From assembly GCF_006345805.1 (NCBI RefSeq), contig NC_043004.1, positions 83,638,001 through 83,702,000 of the forward strand: a stretch of DNA of 64,000 nucleotides, read 5' to 3'. The position numbers were made by a program, and so were the translations under genes. The notes under the pieces were generated by a model that worked only from the letters and a program-made list of their open reading frames with translations, was not told the DNA's origin and made no database searches. This document shows positions 1-11,900 of this stretch, in pieces. Every line of letters starts with the position of its first letter. The stretch's first letter is position 1. This DNA is from Octopus sinensis (taxonomy: Eukaryota).

Positions 1-427
1 AATTTCAAGCACTTATAAATGGATTTGACGTAAACATTCGATTCCCGATGGAATATAGCCTGCAACAACTCCCCTTCCTTGACATCCTCATCAAGAAATC
101 TATCAACGTAATAGAAACAGATATATACTATAAGCCCACGGACTCCAAGCAATATCATGCCACCCCAAACGAACCAGAATGAATATCCCCTTCAACCTAG
201 CAAAAAGGATATGTACCATAGTTTCTAATGCAAGTACCAGGGACAGACGACTACATGAACTAAAGGATACACTCATCATCAGGAACTACCCACCTTCACT
301 AATTGACATATGCCTTCAACGTGCCTTACAACTCAACATCCGCGAAATCAGACATCCCAAATTAAAGAAGCATTTGCAACCAAAAGCCCTACCATACATC
401 TCCACACACAACTCTCTTAACAATTAA
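1..427 (+). mobile_element. Penelope-like element (PLE) reverse transcriptase C-terminal/linker fragment, frameshifted
   Basis: Frame from nt 3 reads ...IRFPMEYSLQQLPFLDILIKKSINVIETDIYYKPTDSKQY. After a small deletion it continues SCHPKRTRMNIPFNLAKRICTIVS...RDRRLHELKDTLIIRNYPPSLI. This matches the PLE RT thumb/linker pattern (LPFLD, DIYYKPT, HP, NIP..LA.RI..I.S, YP). Confidence 0.85.
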
Positions 428-639
428 CAATCCAATGAATTATTGGACTGTTAATTGTATCACTCTATTTAATATTTAGTTTGGAATTTGAATTATACCC
501 ATACTTATATGATATTCATCTGACGTACCTGTGAATTGGGTGTTTTATACACTTCTTTGAAGGAATTATTTTCTTTAGTTTGTTACTCTTTCTTTTTCTT
601 TCTTTTTCTCTTTCTCTCGCTATATATATTTTATATATA

Positions 640-699
<60 letters not shown>

Positions 700-701
700 A
701 A

Positions 702-1015
702 TTATTGAAGCCGAAAATATCTTCACAAACTGTTATGTAGTTTCTCGTTACCGTTCGTCGTACAGCCTGGCCGACGAAGCTAACGAGGGAAACACTCAGA
801 AACAGCTTGTGAAGATTTGTTCGGCTTTAATAAAGAGCATATTACTCTGCCTTTGGTATTTGAGTACTATTTGTCCCACCTTGTTTTGCATTCATGTGTT
901 TTCAGTTGTTAAGTGTCCCAGCCATGAGGAATCGACACTAGATATGTCGAAACAATTGTCGTGATTAATAATAAATTCTGGTATATTCCATCTGTCCTTT
1001 TATTTGCCATTCATA
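702..1015 (+). mobile_element. PLE pseudo-LTR-like segment with inverted arm and degenerate hammerhead remnant
   Basis: 702-734 is the reverse complement of 801-833 (33 bp, few mismatches). 924-960 reads ATGAGGA..GACA-loop-TGTC-GAAAC-AATT-GTC, a palindromic stem III plus GUC, but the CUGA core is broken. Flanked by (TA)n. Confidence 0.5.
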
Positions 1016-3215
1016 CATACAAATATATATATATATATATATATATGTACGTTTGTACACAGGTAGATAGGGGTCAGAGAGCGGATGAAAGAAATACTTA
1101 TAGTGAGAGACAGCTTGAAATAAGAAAGGAATTCGAGAGTGTTGATGGGTGACAGAGAATTATTTGAAGACGTCATGAATGTAAGTTAAATAAAGTGAAT
1201 TAGATTTGATTTGGGTTTGGAAAGAACTATAATGTTTCACGCTAACATTAACGCATGCAAATGCGAGAAAAATATGGCAGGAGTAGGCGAGAGTGCGTGA
1301 AATTATTTGGGTAGATGTAATCAAGGTAACAATAAGAACATTTTAAACAGTGAAAGAGAAATATATTTTTAAACAAAGAACAGAATTGAAGAACTGTGTA
1401 AATTATAGATAATGTATAAAAAAAACGAAATATATTATTTCAGAGACTGTGGGAATGGAAAAGTTTTAAAAATTCCCTTAGGAGTAGAAAGTTATATTTG
1501 TATAAGTTAAATCTTATAGAAAGTTTTTTTTTTTTCTTTAAAGTCAGCAAAAATATAATTACAGTAAAAAAACAAAAGTAAGAATGAGACAAAACAACAT
1601 TAACAACAGGTTTTAAAATTTTGAAAATTTTCCACGGTAATGTAAAATATAAATCTCTAATACAATTCATCGGTAAAATATTTACATATGTCATTTAGTT
1701 ATCAACCAAAAACAGATTAATACATTGGGTTTTCAGTTTTGTAGAATGAAAATTCTTATGCCTCTATAAGCTCTCGAATAGTAAATATTTTAAGAACAGA
1801 AATTTAGTTGAGAATGTTACAAATTTGGTTTGCTTTATAAATATAGCTTTAAAAGTTCTTCGTTTTCATTTTTTTTATTTTAATAAAAGAAATAACAACG
1901 ATGCAATAAATTCGACTCATTTCAGACCACTTATTTCCCTACAAACATTTTGATTTTCTCTATTCTTACAGTAAGGTATCTGAGGTAAAGAAGTTTTGTT
2001 TCATTGAACATATCAAACATGATCGATGGGGTAGCTTGAATAAATAACAATAACATACTGGTTCTGTTTTATAAAATATGTATATTCCCTGATAAACTAA
2101 AGTTTTTGTCTATGAAATGGGAAACAAAATTATGCAAACTCATTTTAAAAAGATTCTTTTGAAAACCTTAATCATTTTACAGAGAATTTTCTCCTGTTTT
2201 ATCTAGAGGATATCCAGTACCAGGAGGTGTAAAAAGAGAATAATACCAGTGATGTTAACGTTTTAAAGACTTTTGAATTTCTTTAGCATAATGCAAAATG
2301 CGTGCTTTGTAATCCAGTACACTTATGGTCCAAGAGAAAATTACTTAGAAACAATTCCAGTGTACCGACTTATGAAAATTCCTCTATGCATGAATATACA
2401 TTCTTAAAATATGTCACAATGACCCCAAAACTCACCCGATGGTTTAACTATAAGCATATATGAAAACAATTGCCTTTAAACATCGTGTCTGTTGTATGCA
2501 ATTTCAGTCGATATTTTTATGGAAGTATTAACAACAGCATCGCATCAGATAACTACAAAACTACGCTACAATAACATAACATTTCTTGTTTACGTTGGTA
2601 TACGCAATCTAAAGAAGTTAATAGAGACAGCATTAAAAAATATGTATATCTGCTTATGAAAATATAGAAAAAGATTATTTCCAAAGACAATAGTTGATAA
2701 AATAAAGTACACAAAAGAAATAGGAAGATAGCTGGTCATTGGAAACATAATCATGGTTAAGCTTAATATGAATAATAATAATACTTATTAGAATTATGAA
2801 TGGAAGCTTGTGTCAACCAAAATATCCTCCTGATTAATAAAGGAAGGAATACATCGGAAGGAATACATAAACACTGGAAAAAAGAAAATAAGGAAAAACT
2901 GTGTTATTTCGAAACTTTAAAAGGGAAATAAAGATAAACTAAGGACGAATCTACAGAGTTAGAGTTTACATAAATTATTTTTCGACGACTGGAAGACGAT
3001 ATATGGAGATGAAGCTACTTATAAAAAAATACAAATATAAATAAATTGGTAAGAATTTTATGAGCATCAATAATCGCAGTCATGGCTGCATGAGAAACTT
3101 CGCTCTCTAACCATGTGGTTTCGGATTCAGTTCCACTGCGCGGCAGGATGCGTGAGTATCTATTACTATAGCACATTACATGTGCTATAGTAATAGTAAT
3201 GCCTCATGAGTTTGC

Positions 3216-3263
<48 letters not shown>

Positions 3264-3507
3264 ATGAGTATATATATGTATATATATATATAAGTTCAGC
3301 AAAATTTAGATTCAGATGAATATGGTACTTAAGTTAAAGGCACCACGATTTTTTATGGTATTATCCAAATAAATCAAATGGGGCGATTATTTTGATTATG
3401 TATGTATGTATTAATTAGAGATTCAAAATTTAATTTTGCTTTACTTAGGCACCTCTCTTGCACATCAGCAGGTAGGTTTTACGTTATATGTAGATACTGT
3501 ACTACTC

Positions 3508-3670
3508 CGGTTACAGCGACGAGGGTTCCAGTTGATCCGATCAACGGAACAACTGCTCGTGAAATTAACCTACAAATGGGTGAGCACGCCACAAACACAT
3601 GTACACTTAACATAGTTTTCAAGGAGATACAGCGTGACACAGAATGAGACAAGGCTGAGCTTTGAAATAC
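3508..3670 (-). mobile_element. tRNA-derived SINE (family B1) 3' fragment
   Basis: Matches the 3' part of the copy at 16640-17017 (gacgagggttccagttgatccgatcaacggaac...tttgaaatac). Confidence 0.8.
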
Positions 3671-4735
3671 GAGTGGGGTGGAGCACGTAAAATATATTGT
3701 CTTGATCAAAGAGACAACGACGTAGGCGCATGGATCAAGCGGGGACCTAGAATGGGAGAATGGCAGAAGGAGTGCAGGCAAGCCCTCACTTTGTTCTCCC
3801 GGGCGAACGGTACCGGCGGCGGGGCTACCACTGCGGATTTTTATAGAGGGCTGGTAGAGCATGAGTCCGACGACATCCTGGAGGAGTTTCTAGGCTTCGA
3901 TGAGGAACTGCTAACCAGCCTGTTCGGATAGACATTCGGGCCGAGGTATGTTGATAACGTCCAGAAATCCCTGGCTTCGTAGTTCTACCGATCGGCCTTA
4001 CCGATCCGACAGAGAGGCTGTAGAAACACGGGTTTGATACCTCCCTCATTTTCCCGAGGTACGGGCGCGTCAGTGAAAATGTCGCGCACGTCTTCGTACA
4101 TTGTGAGGAGCTTAGGGACATGATGACCTATGTGGAAAAACTGATGTGGACGGAAAGAGTACGACTTTCAACTGAGTCCATAATTAAGTTTGTACAGACT
4201 TCCTCCCTTAACAAGGAAAGGAAGGGGCCTTTTTTCTATTTAGTAGCCACACTGAAAGACACAGAATGGATGACGCGTGCAAGGGGATTCAAGACAGGCA
4301 ATTTTTGTCTCTGGAAGCCGGTTGGTGAGTTATTTTAACTGCCACCTGCTTTGTAAGATCCGTTGGGACAAAAAGTGCCTTTTCCAAGGAATGTTCACGA
4401 AAAAATGGACGACTGTTGTAAGAATACCGAGAGTAAATTGAACCGTGCTAGTATAGCCGGTGAAGGTGAAAAGACGGAAAAAGGTAAGAAAATATGGAGG
4501 ACAAAATCAAAAGGGGATTTCAAAGGATAAAAGAGAAAATATCCGGGTTAAATAAAAACCCGAAGATTATATTTTTATTATAATCATCCAATTTTATAAA
4601 TTTCATTCGATTTCACCTGCTCGATTTCATTGTACCGTATTAATCCTTTTGAATCATGTTTGTAACTCCGCCCCTTTATTGTAGCTGTCCTTGTTTGTCT
4701 CCTCTATGTATGCCCCTATAGTCAATAAATAAATA
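3671..4735 (+). mobile_element. Tx1/L1-clade LINE, 5'-truncated: ORF2 C-terminus (decayed zf-RVT/CCHC region) plus 3' UTR
   Basis: Translates with stops and frameshifts as DFYRGLVE...TFGPRYVDNVQKSLA*FYRSALP...FPRYGRVSENVAHVFVHCEEL (CPxC..ET..H.F..C motif with Cys lost)...STESIIK...FFYLVATLK...W.TRARG...HL..KI...F.KKW. Ends in aataaataaata at 4724-4735. Confidence 0.8.
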
Positions 4736-6385
4736 CAGTCGGCGAGCTACGCCTTTGAGATGCGGATGGTTATTTAGTGGTTGATATCGTTTTGTTACAG
4801 TTTTTCCCATTGGGACTGCCTCGTGTTTAAAAACTGTTAGGGTCTTTCGACACATTGTTCGTTGAACAAGCTTAGCGCACTAGTTCCTCCCCCGTTAGGG
4901 GCGAGTTATTTGCATTCTGTGTGGGAATTGTGCACGGACAAAATGACTAGTGATTTGTTTAACATGTTGGAACCCCTGGATAACGTCGACTCGGAGTACA
5001 AAAGCGACTCGGAAGAAAGTGTCAAAGATTATGCAGCAGCGGTCGGTAAAAAGCAAAGAAGATCCTACATCAGATCAGGGGCCGTGAAAAAATTCCAACC
5101 ATTTCTGCGAGGAGTGGGAGCAAACATGAGAGATTAACTTCCCCCAAGGAAGCCACAGAAGAAACAAGAAAAAGAACGATAATTTATAGAACACTATCCC
5201 TTACAACAAAGAAACTAGAGATAGCATCTACGGAAGAAATTGAAAAGGCCCTGAAGCCTATTATGTTCAAGGTGGCATTCATGAAAAGGGGAAAGAAATT
5301 CGGTACCGTGGAGGTACAATTCATGTCAGAATACGACGCTAGGCATGATTCCGCGATCACCCTGCAGACGAAGGAGCTGGCTCTTGAACCCTCATACCTT
5401 GGCACCCCCCCCCACAAAATTTGCAATAGACGGTTATCCACCTGAAATTAGATCGACGTGTCTTCTGGCACGATTGCTCCAATATCCTGGAGTTCGAGGA
5501 GTAAAAAGTGCAGAACTGGTGTGGAGGGAGTCTTCGGGCGACAATTCAAGCGAAACCAGCGAAACTGGAGGAAATTCCAGAATTTCTAATTCTGCCGGAT
5601 GAGACAAAACTGAGAGTCTCGGGCCAAGATAGAATCCCAAGATGTTTCGAGTGCAGACTGAAGAGGCAAATAAGGAAAACATGCTCCAGGCCATTCAACC
5701 TGAAGAACAAGGGGAAAAAACAGGATGAACCACTGATACAGCAAGAGAAACCTAACGAGGAAGCTCCAAGTGAAGAGAAAGAGAAGCAGGAACACTGTGG
5801 AGAAGGAGAATTGCTCGCCAGAGGAAGCTGAATCGTCCACATCTACCGAGGTAAGTGATGAGGAATTGTCAGTTGCAGGGAGGAAGAGGAGAAAAGTTTA
5901 AAATGAATGCACAGAGAACAGATACGAATGCAGAAAAAATGCATTACAAACGCAGACAGCAAGAAGGAAAAAAATACCCCCAAAAAGAACACTGAATATA
6001 CAACACAAGTAATATACAACGACAAAGAGACAAAAATAAGCTCAGAAGAAGAGATAGGAACGCAGATAAAATCCTTAGAAACACAGACAGCAAGAAAAAA
6101 GTTAACCCACAAAAGAACACTGAATGTACAACACAAGCAGTACACTGCTAGAACATCGAAATAGAAAAAGAATAACTGTTTAAACACTCTTTCTCAAAAT
6201 GTTCCATGACGTTAGGAATGTGGGGTTCGAGTTGACGTCGTTCCACCTTTTCATTTATCATTACTATTGTTTTCATTCGATTTTAATCTTTCCCCACTTT
6301 TGTGTTTTGTCCGTCCTTGTTTGTCTCCCCTGTGTTAATCCATGTGTTTGGTCCAGTCCCGCAAAGATGACGAAATACTTCGTTA
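4736..6385 (+). mobile_element. Tx1-type element with ORF1 (gag-like, zinc knuckle) only, no ORF2, and a Tx1-type 3' tail
   Basis: Frameshifted ORF1-like pieces: RTIIYRTLS..KKLEIASTEEIEKAL...KRGKKFGTVEVQF...LQTKELALEPSYLG / IDGYPPEI / LEEIPEFLILPDETKLRV..QDRIPRCFECRLKRQIRKTC (CX2CX4[H>Q]X4C at 5643-5684), then an acidic/basic low-complexity tail. The 3' end repeats ttcattcgattt and gtccttgtttgtctcc, both seen in the 3' UTR of the upstream Tx1 copy. Confidence 0.7.
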
Positions 6386-6612
6386 TAATGCAAGACATAT
6401 CAAGGTATAAAAGTAAAAATTTAAGATTTTAAACTTAATAATTTAACCTTTACGTTTTGGGCAGCCTTTAGTAGTATGCCGATAAAGTACATCTGCATCC
6501 TATGACTACCTGCCGTCATCCACGGTAACTGCACAATCATCACTGCATCAACGTTAAGAATACCTTAGTGCACATTGAGATATAGTTGAAATAATCGATA
6601 AAGGAGATATAT

Positions 6613-6959
6613 TACTGGAAACTTTATTTATCACTACGATCGTTTCGACATTCTGCATCGCTCCCACACGGGTGCGAAACTGTAAAGATGAATTATGGGG
6701 GATCGCATGATACTGAATCATCGTTTCTTGTGAAGTATTGCGTGGTATCGTTTAGGTCTCGCTACTTGGCGGTTCGGAAAAAATCTGATAGAATAAATAA
6801 CAGACTTTTTAAAAAGGTAATGTGGTCATAGATATGCAACTGTGTTGCATCACCTGAAGCATCGTAGGGTGCACCGTAATCCATTATATAGGCTCCGACC
6901 CGAGAGGGAGGGATGTAAGATAAGTCGAAACGATTGTGATGATAAATATGTTTCCAGTA
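6613..6959. mobile_element. PLE pseudo-LTR remnant with 37-bp inverted arms and degenerate hammerhead
   Basis: 6613-6649 (tactggaaac..tcactacgatcgtttcgac) is inverted at 6924-6959. The plus strand has cac-CTGAAGC (6854-6860)...GAAAC-GATT-GTG (6927-6938), a mutated form of the GAAACGATCGTAGTG motif. Confidence 0.6.
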
Positions 6960-7034
6960 TACTATGTCATCCGTATTCATTGTTTCCACTATATATATAT
7001 AAAGATATATACATATCGTTTGTCCCTTCTCGAG

Positions 7035-7311
7035 ACACGCCTGGCTCATTATGGCCGGTTTCCCGGTTTCCTTGCCGTATAGGTTCCCCACTGGACGGGA
7101 CGCCGGTCCGTCGCAGGTGAGCTGCAAGATGCAGGAGGAAAGAGTGAAAGAAAGTTGTGGCGAAAGAGTCAGCAGAAGTTCGCCATTACCTTCCGCCGGA
7201 GCCGCGTGGAACTTAGGAGTTTCGCTCATTAACACACACATCGCCCGGTCTGAGATTCGAACCTACGATCCCTCGACCGCAAGTCCGCTTCTCTAACCAC
7301 TAGGCCATGTG

Positions 7312-7315
<4 letters not shown>
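7035..7315 (-). mobile_element. tRNA-derived SINE (family B3) with V-domain-like core
   Basis: Shares the B-family tRNA-like head (ggcctagtggttagagaagcggac..ggttcgaatc). The body contains cctgcgacggaccggcgtcccgtccag, which resembles the V-SINE conserved domain as I recall it. Confidence 0.65.
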
Positions 7316-7400
<85 letters not shown>

Positions 7401-7403
<3 letters not shown>

Positions 7404-8148
7404 AATTAGTAAATAAATGGCACAACTAATTACCGATATTTACTGGAAATAGCGAACGTAAAAATACGACGCTAATGTGTAGCTTCACCCCGTATGTATT
7501 AGCAAAAATGCGTGTGTGCAACAAAATAGAGAAAAAAACCGTCTTACCTCCAGGGAGAACATCTGAAAGATGAAACACCCGGAAAATGGATAATGTGGTA
7601 CCTGCAGGTTTCAGGTTTTGAAAGATATGTCTCTCACCCATATTTTGCTTTACCTTCTTCAGCCAAACATATACCAAGACGAAATCTACGATGTTACCAC
7701 ATTAATACTAACACACTCGACTGAAATACGGAACGCTAACAGTACGAGAAACGGTGAAGAAGTTTCAAAATATCAGTAATGCAATACAAAGTATTGCCTT
7801 CCAGTAAAAAGTAGCCCGTGAGGGAAAAATACACAAATTAGTAAATAAATGGCACAACTAAGTACCGATATTTACTGGAAATAGCGAACGTAAAAATACG
7901 ACTCTAATGTGTAGCTTCACCGCGTATGTATTATGGAGGTAAGACGGTTTTTTTCTCTATTTTGTTGCACACACGCATTTTTGCTAATACATACGCGGTG
8001 AAGCTACACATTAGCGTCGTATTTTTACGTCCGCTATTTCCAGTAAATATCGGTACTTAGTTGTGCCATTTATTTACTAATTTGTGTATTTTTCCCTCAC
8101 GGGCTACTTTTTACTGGAAGGCAATACTTTGTATTGCATTACTGATAT
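7401..8148 (-). mobile_element. Non-autonomous PLE/retrozyme-like element: 432-bp unit, partial tandem copy and inverted copy
   Basis: acaaattagtaaataaatgg starts at 7401 and again at 7833. 7932-8148 is the reverse complement of 7770-7832 plus the unit start. A hammerhead lies at 7596-7665. Both ends sit in (TA)n. Confidence 0.8.
7596..7665 (-). ncRNA. Minimal type I hammerhead ribozyme motif (PLE type), structurally intact
   Basis: Minus strand: tgg-CTGAAGA-AGGT-(35 nt)-ACCT-GAAAC-CTGCAG-GTA-cca. Stem I is tgg/cca, stem II AGGT/ACCT, stem III palindromic C-CTGCAG-G, with a GUA cleavage triplet. Confidence 0.8.
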
Positions 8149-8165
8149 ATATATATATATATATA

Positions 8166-8212
<47 letters not shown>

Positions 8213-8834
8213 TGTGTATGTGTGTGTTTGTGTATGTGTGTTCTCGCGTCTTATTAACAAATGTAGTTTTAAGATATTACGGGAATCCAGATTGCAGTGA
8301 AATTTACTGGTATAACCTTTTCGTATATTATAACGACATCAATGGAATTACTATAAGAATAAAAGAAAGAACAAATAGTTAAAGATAAGAATGAAGAAAA
8401 TAGGTCACAATTTATGTGTGGGGTGATTAACGAAGCTGAACTCATTATATAGCGTTATACTCTGTAATACTTCGTCTCTGCTTTTATCTGTCTTTTTGTC
8501 AAATTATCCACCCACACGTTTCTTCATTCGTGTCTCGGTTTCTACATAGCTTTCTATCGATCAAAATATTCTTCTGTCGTAATATATAATTAAATTTATC
8601 CTGATAATTACAATTTTGGCAGTTACCAATAGGTAATCTTCTTTTAATTATCGACCTATGAGTTATAATAACCTGAGAATAGTTCGTTACAATCTTATTT
8701 TATCTGAAGTTTCATTACAAGGTATCGTAGTGTTTACGCATCGAACTTTGCAAATATGACTATCTGAAAATATGGCAGTATATAAGTATGGGTCTGTGAA
8801 AATATTTCTGCATGTGCCTGCCTGGTAAGAAGGT

Positions 8835-8985
8835 TTGCTTGTCTACCACATAGGGCTATAGGTCTGGGTTCAATCCCACGGTGTGGCGCTTTGCACAGGT
8901 GTTTCTGCCTTATTTCCGGGCGGATAAAAAAGCCTTGCAAATGGATTCGGAAGACGGAATGTGAAAGAAACCCGCTGTATATATC
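8835..8985 (+). mobile_element. tRNA-derived SINE (family C, CORE-like) head, interrupted by the RTE LINE
   Basis: Degenerate match to the head of 22207-22623 and 50613-51029. It stops where the internal (TA)n begins. Confidence 0.6.
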
Positions 8986-11900
8986 ATCATAATCATCATC
9001 ATCATCGTTTAACGTCCGCTTTCCATGCTAGCATGGGTTGGACGGTTCAACTGGGGTCTGGCAAGCTCGAAGGCTGCACCAGGCCAGTCAGATCTGGCAG
9101 TGTTTCTACAGCTGGATGCCCTTCCTAACGCCAACCACTCCGAGAGTGTAGTGGGTGATTTTATGTGCCACCGACACAGGTGCCAGGCGAGGCTGGCAGA
9201 CGGCCACGCTCGGATGGTGTTTTTATGTTCCACCGACACAGGTGCCAGACGAGGCTGGCGAACGGCCACGCTCGGATGGTGTTTGTTACGTGCCCATAGC
9301 ACGGAGGCCAGTCGATGCGGTACTGGCTACGGTCACGTTCGGATGGTTTTCTTGTGCCACCGGCACTGGTACCACAAGGATACAAATTCCATTGATGTTC
9401 ATCTATTTTGATTTGGTTTGTTTTGATTTGATTTGATTTGATTGATTTTCACTTGCCTCAACAGGTCTTCACAAGTGTCACAAGAAGGAAGGTATGCACA
9501 GGTGGACTGACTACGTCCCAGGTAGGGGCCACGGGTTATGGCTTCACTAGTCTTGCCGGGTCTTCTCACGCACAGCATACTTCCATAGGTCTCGGTCTCT
9601 AGTCATTTCCATGGTAAGACTTAACGTTCGAAGGTCGTGCTTCAGCACCTCGTCCCAGGTTTTCCTGGGTCTACCTCTTCCACGGGTTCCCTCAACTGCT
9701 AGGGTTTGGCACTTTCTCACACACCTATCTTCATCCATTCTCGCCACATGACCATACCAGCGCAATCGTCTCTCTTGCACACCACAACTGATGCTTCTTA
9801 GGTACAACATTTCTCTCAAGGTACTAACGCTCTGTCGAGTAAGTACACTGACATTACACATCCATCGGAGCATACTGGCCTCATTCCTCACGAGCTTACG
9901 CATGTCCTCAGCAGTCACGGCCCATGTTTCACTGCCATGCAGCATGGCTGTTCGTACACATGCATCATACAGTCTGCCTTTTACTCTGAGCGAGAGGCCA
10001 TTAGTCACCTGCAGAGGTAAGAGCTCCCTAAACTTTGCCCAGGCTATTCTTATTCTAGCAGTTACACTTTCAGCGCATCCACCCCCACTACTGACTTGGT
10101 CACCTAGATAACGGAAGCTATCAACTACTTCTAGTTTTTCCCCCTGGAAAGTGACGGAAGTTGTTTTCTGCAGATTTTCGGAGGTCAATGCTCCCGAGCA
10201 TCTGCCACATACAAAAACTATCTTCCCAGTTAGCCTACCTTTGACATTGCTGCACCTCTTATGTGTCCATAGCTTACACTGGGTACTTCTTATAGAGTTT
10301 CTACCTACACCTTTTCTACAGATCGAGCAGGGCCATCTTCCTGAGGATATTTGTGGATTGTCTACCTTTCTACTTATTAGTACTTTGGTTTTAGCTAGGT
10401 TGACTCTAAGGCCCCTCGATTCTAAACCCTCCTTCCACACCTGGAACTTCTCCTCCAGTTCTGATAGTGACTCAGCAATTAGAGCGAGGTCGTCAGCATA
10501 GAGGAGTTCCCAGGGGCAACCTGTCTTGAATTCCTCCACAATTGCCTGGAGGACTATGATAAATAGGAGGGGGCTGAGTACTGAACCCTTCTGTGTACAT
10601 GTTGCCAACCCTAACCTTACTTACGGCATCTCTGTACATGGCTTGCACAGCCCTCACCAGCCATTCATCTATCCCTAGTTTCCTCATTGACCACCAGATG
10701 AGGGATCGGGGGACCTATCAAAGGCTTTCTCCATGTCAACAAAAGCCAGGTACAGGGGCTTATCTTTGGCTAGGTATTTCTCCTGCAGCTGCCTTACCAG
10801 GAATATAGCATCAGTGGTGCTTTTCCCTGGCACGAACCCAAACTGCATCTCAACTAAACTAACTCTCTCTCTAATTAGTTGGGCTATGACCCTCTCCGTA
10901 ACCTTCATTACCTGATCCAACAGCTTGATACCTCTGTAATTATTTGTATCTAGGGCATCACCTTTACCTTTGTAGCAGTTGACTAGTATGCTGCTACACC
11001 AGTCATTGGGTATGACTCCTTCGTGTATCACCTGGTTGACTATACGGGTGACTAGGTTATAGCCGACACTGCCAGATATTTTGAGCATCTCTGCAGTGAT
11101 TCCTGATGGGCCTGGGGCTTTCCCTGTCTTCATGCTTCTAATTGCCTTACTACCACGGAACTATCAACTCGGAAGCTGGTCCCTCTGTTGGGTCAACATT
11201 CGGCAGACTCTCTTTATCCCATTCATTTTCTTTATTCAGCAACCTTTCATAGTGGCATCTCCAAACCTCTCTCTTTGCATCCTCATTTAGCGCAAGTGAA
11301 CCATCATCCATGCGAACACACTTCTCTCCTACCACATCACGATTCTCTCTCACACACTGTCTTGCAACACGAAATACCTCAAGTCTTTCATCCTCACGGC
11401 TCAGAACATTGGCAAATCTTTTCTTATCCGCTTCCCCTCTGGCTAAATAGACCTGTCTCCTAGCTTCCCTTTTGGCTGTCTTATACAATTCCCTGCTACC
11501 ACCGTTCTTCCAGTCCTTCCAAGCCGGTATGTTTTGTCTAATAGCCCTGTCAACCACGGTGTTCCACCACCATGTTACTCTGGGTCGAGAAGGTACTTTG
11601 CTCCATCCACAGATCTGTTCAGTGGCTGTCAGCAGATTGTCTCGTAGGAATCTCCAGTTGTCTTCCACATTAAGTGAAGCTATATCCCCTTCTATTTCGT
11701 CAAAGGCTTCGAATAGTATGTCTCTAAATCTCTGTCCATTTGCAGGATCTTTAAGCTTCCAGACCCTTCTCCTCCAAGCTGGTCTTCTTCTGGGCAACCA
11801 TTTAGCTCTGATCCTGAAGTCGCTAACTACTAATCTATGTTGAGGAGTACATTCTTCGCCTGGAAAGGTTTTAGCATTTATAATCAGCCCTCTTTCCCTT

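Noticed and set aside
766-812. CCGACGA...GAG/CTC...GAAACAGCT as a ribozyme
   Set aside because: Core spacing is non-canonical and the cleavage triplet is disrupted. At most a decayed remnant.
7401-7931. Repeat-spacer or CRISPR-like reading of the direct repeats
   Set aside because: Only two long copies in eukaryotic DNA, with no regular short repeats or cas genes. A PLE pseudo-LTR structure explains it.
9025-9436. Overlapping GC-rich ORFs of 74-128 aa, and antisense ORFs across 9791-12175
   Set aside because: They are by-products of the RTE 3' UTR tandem repeat and the antisense strand of ORF2.
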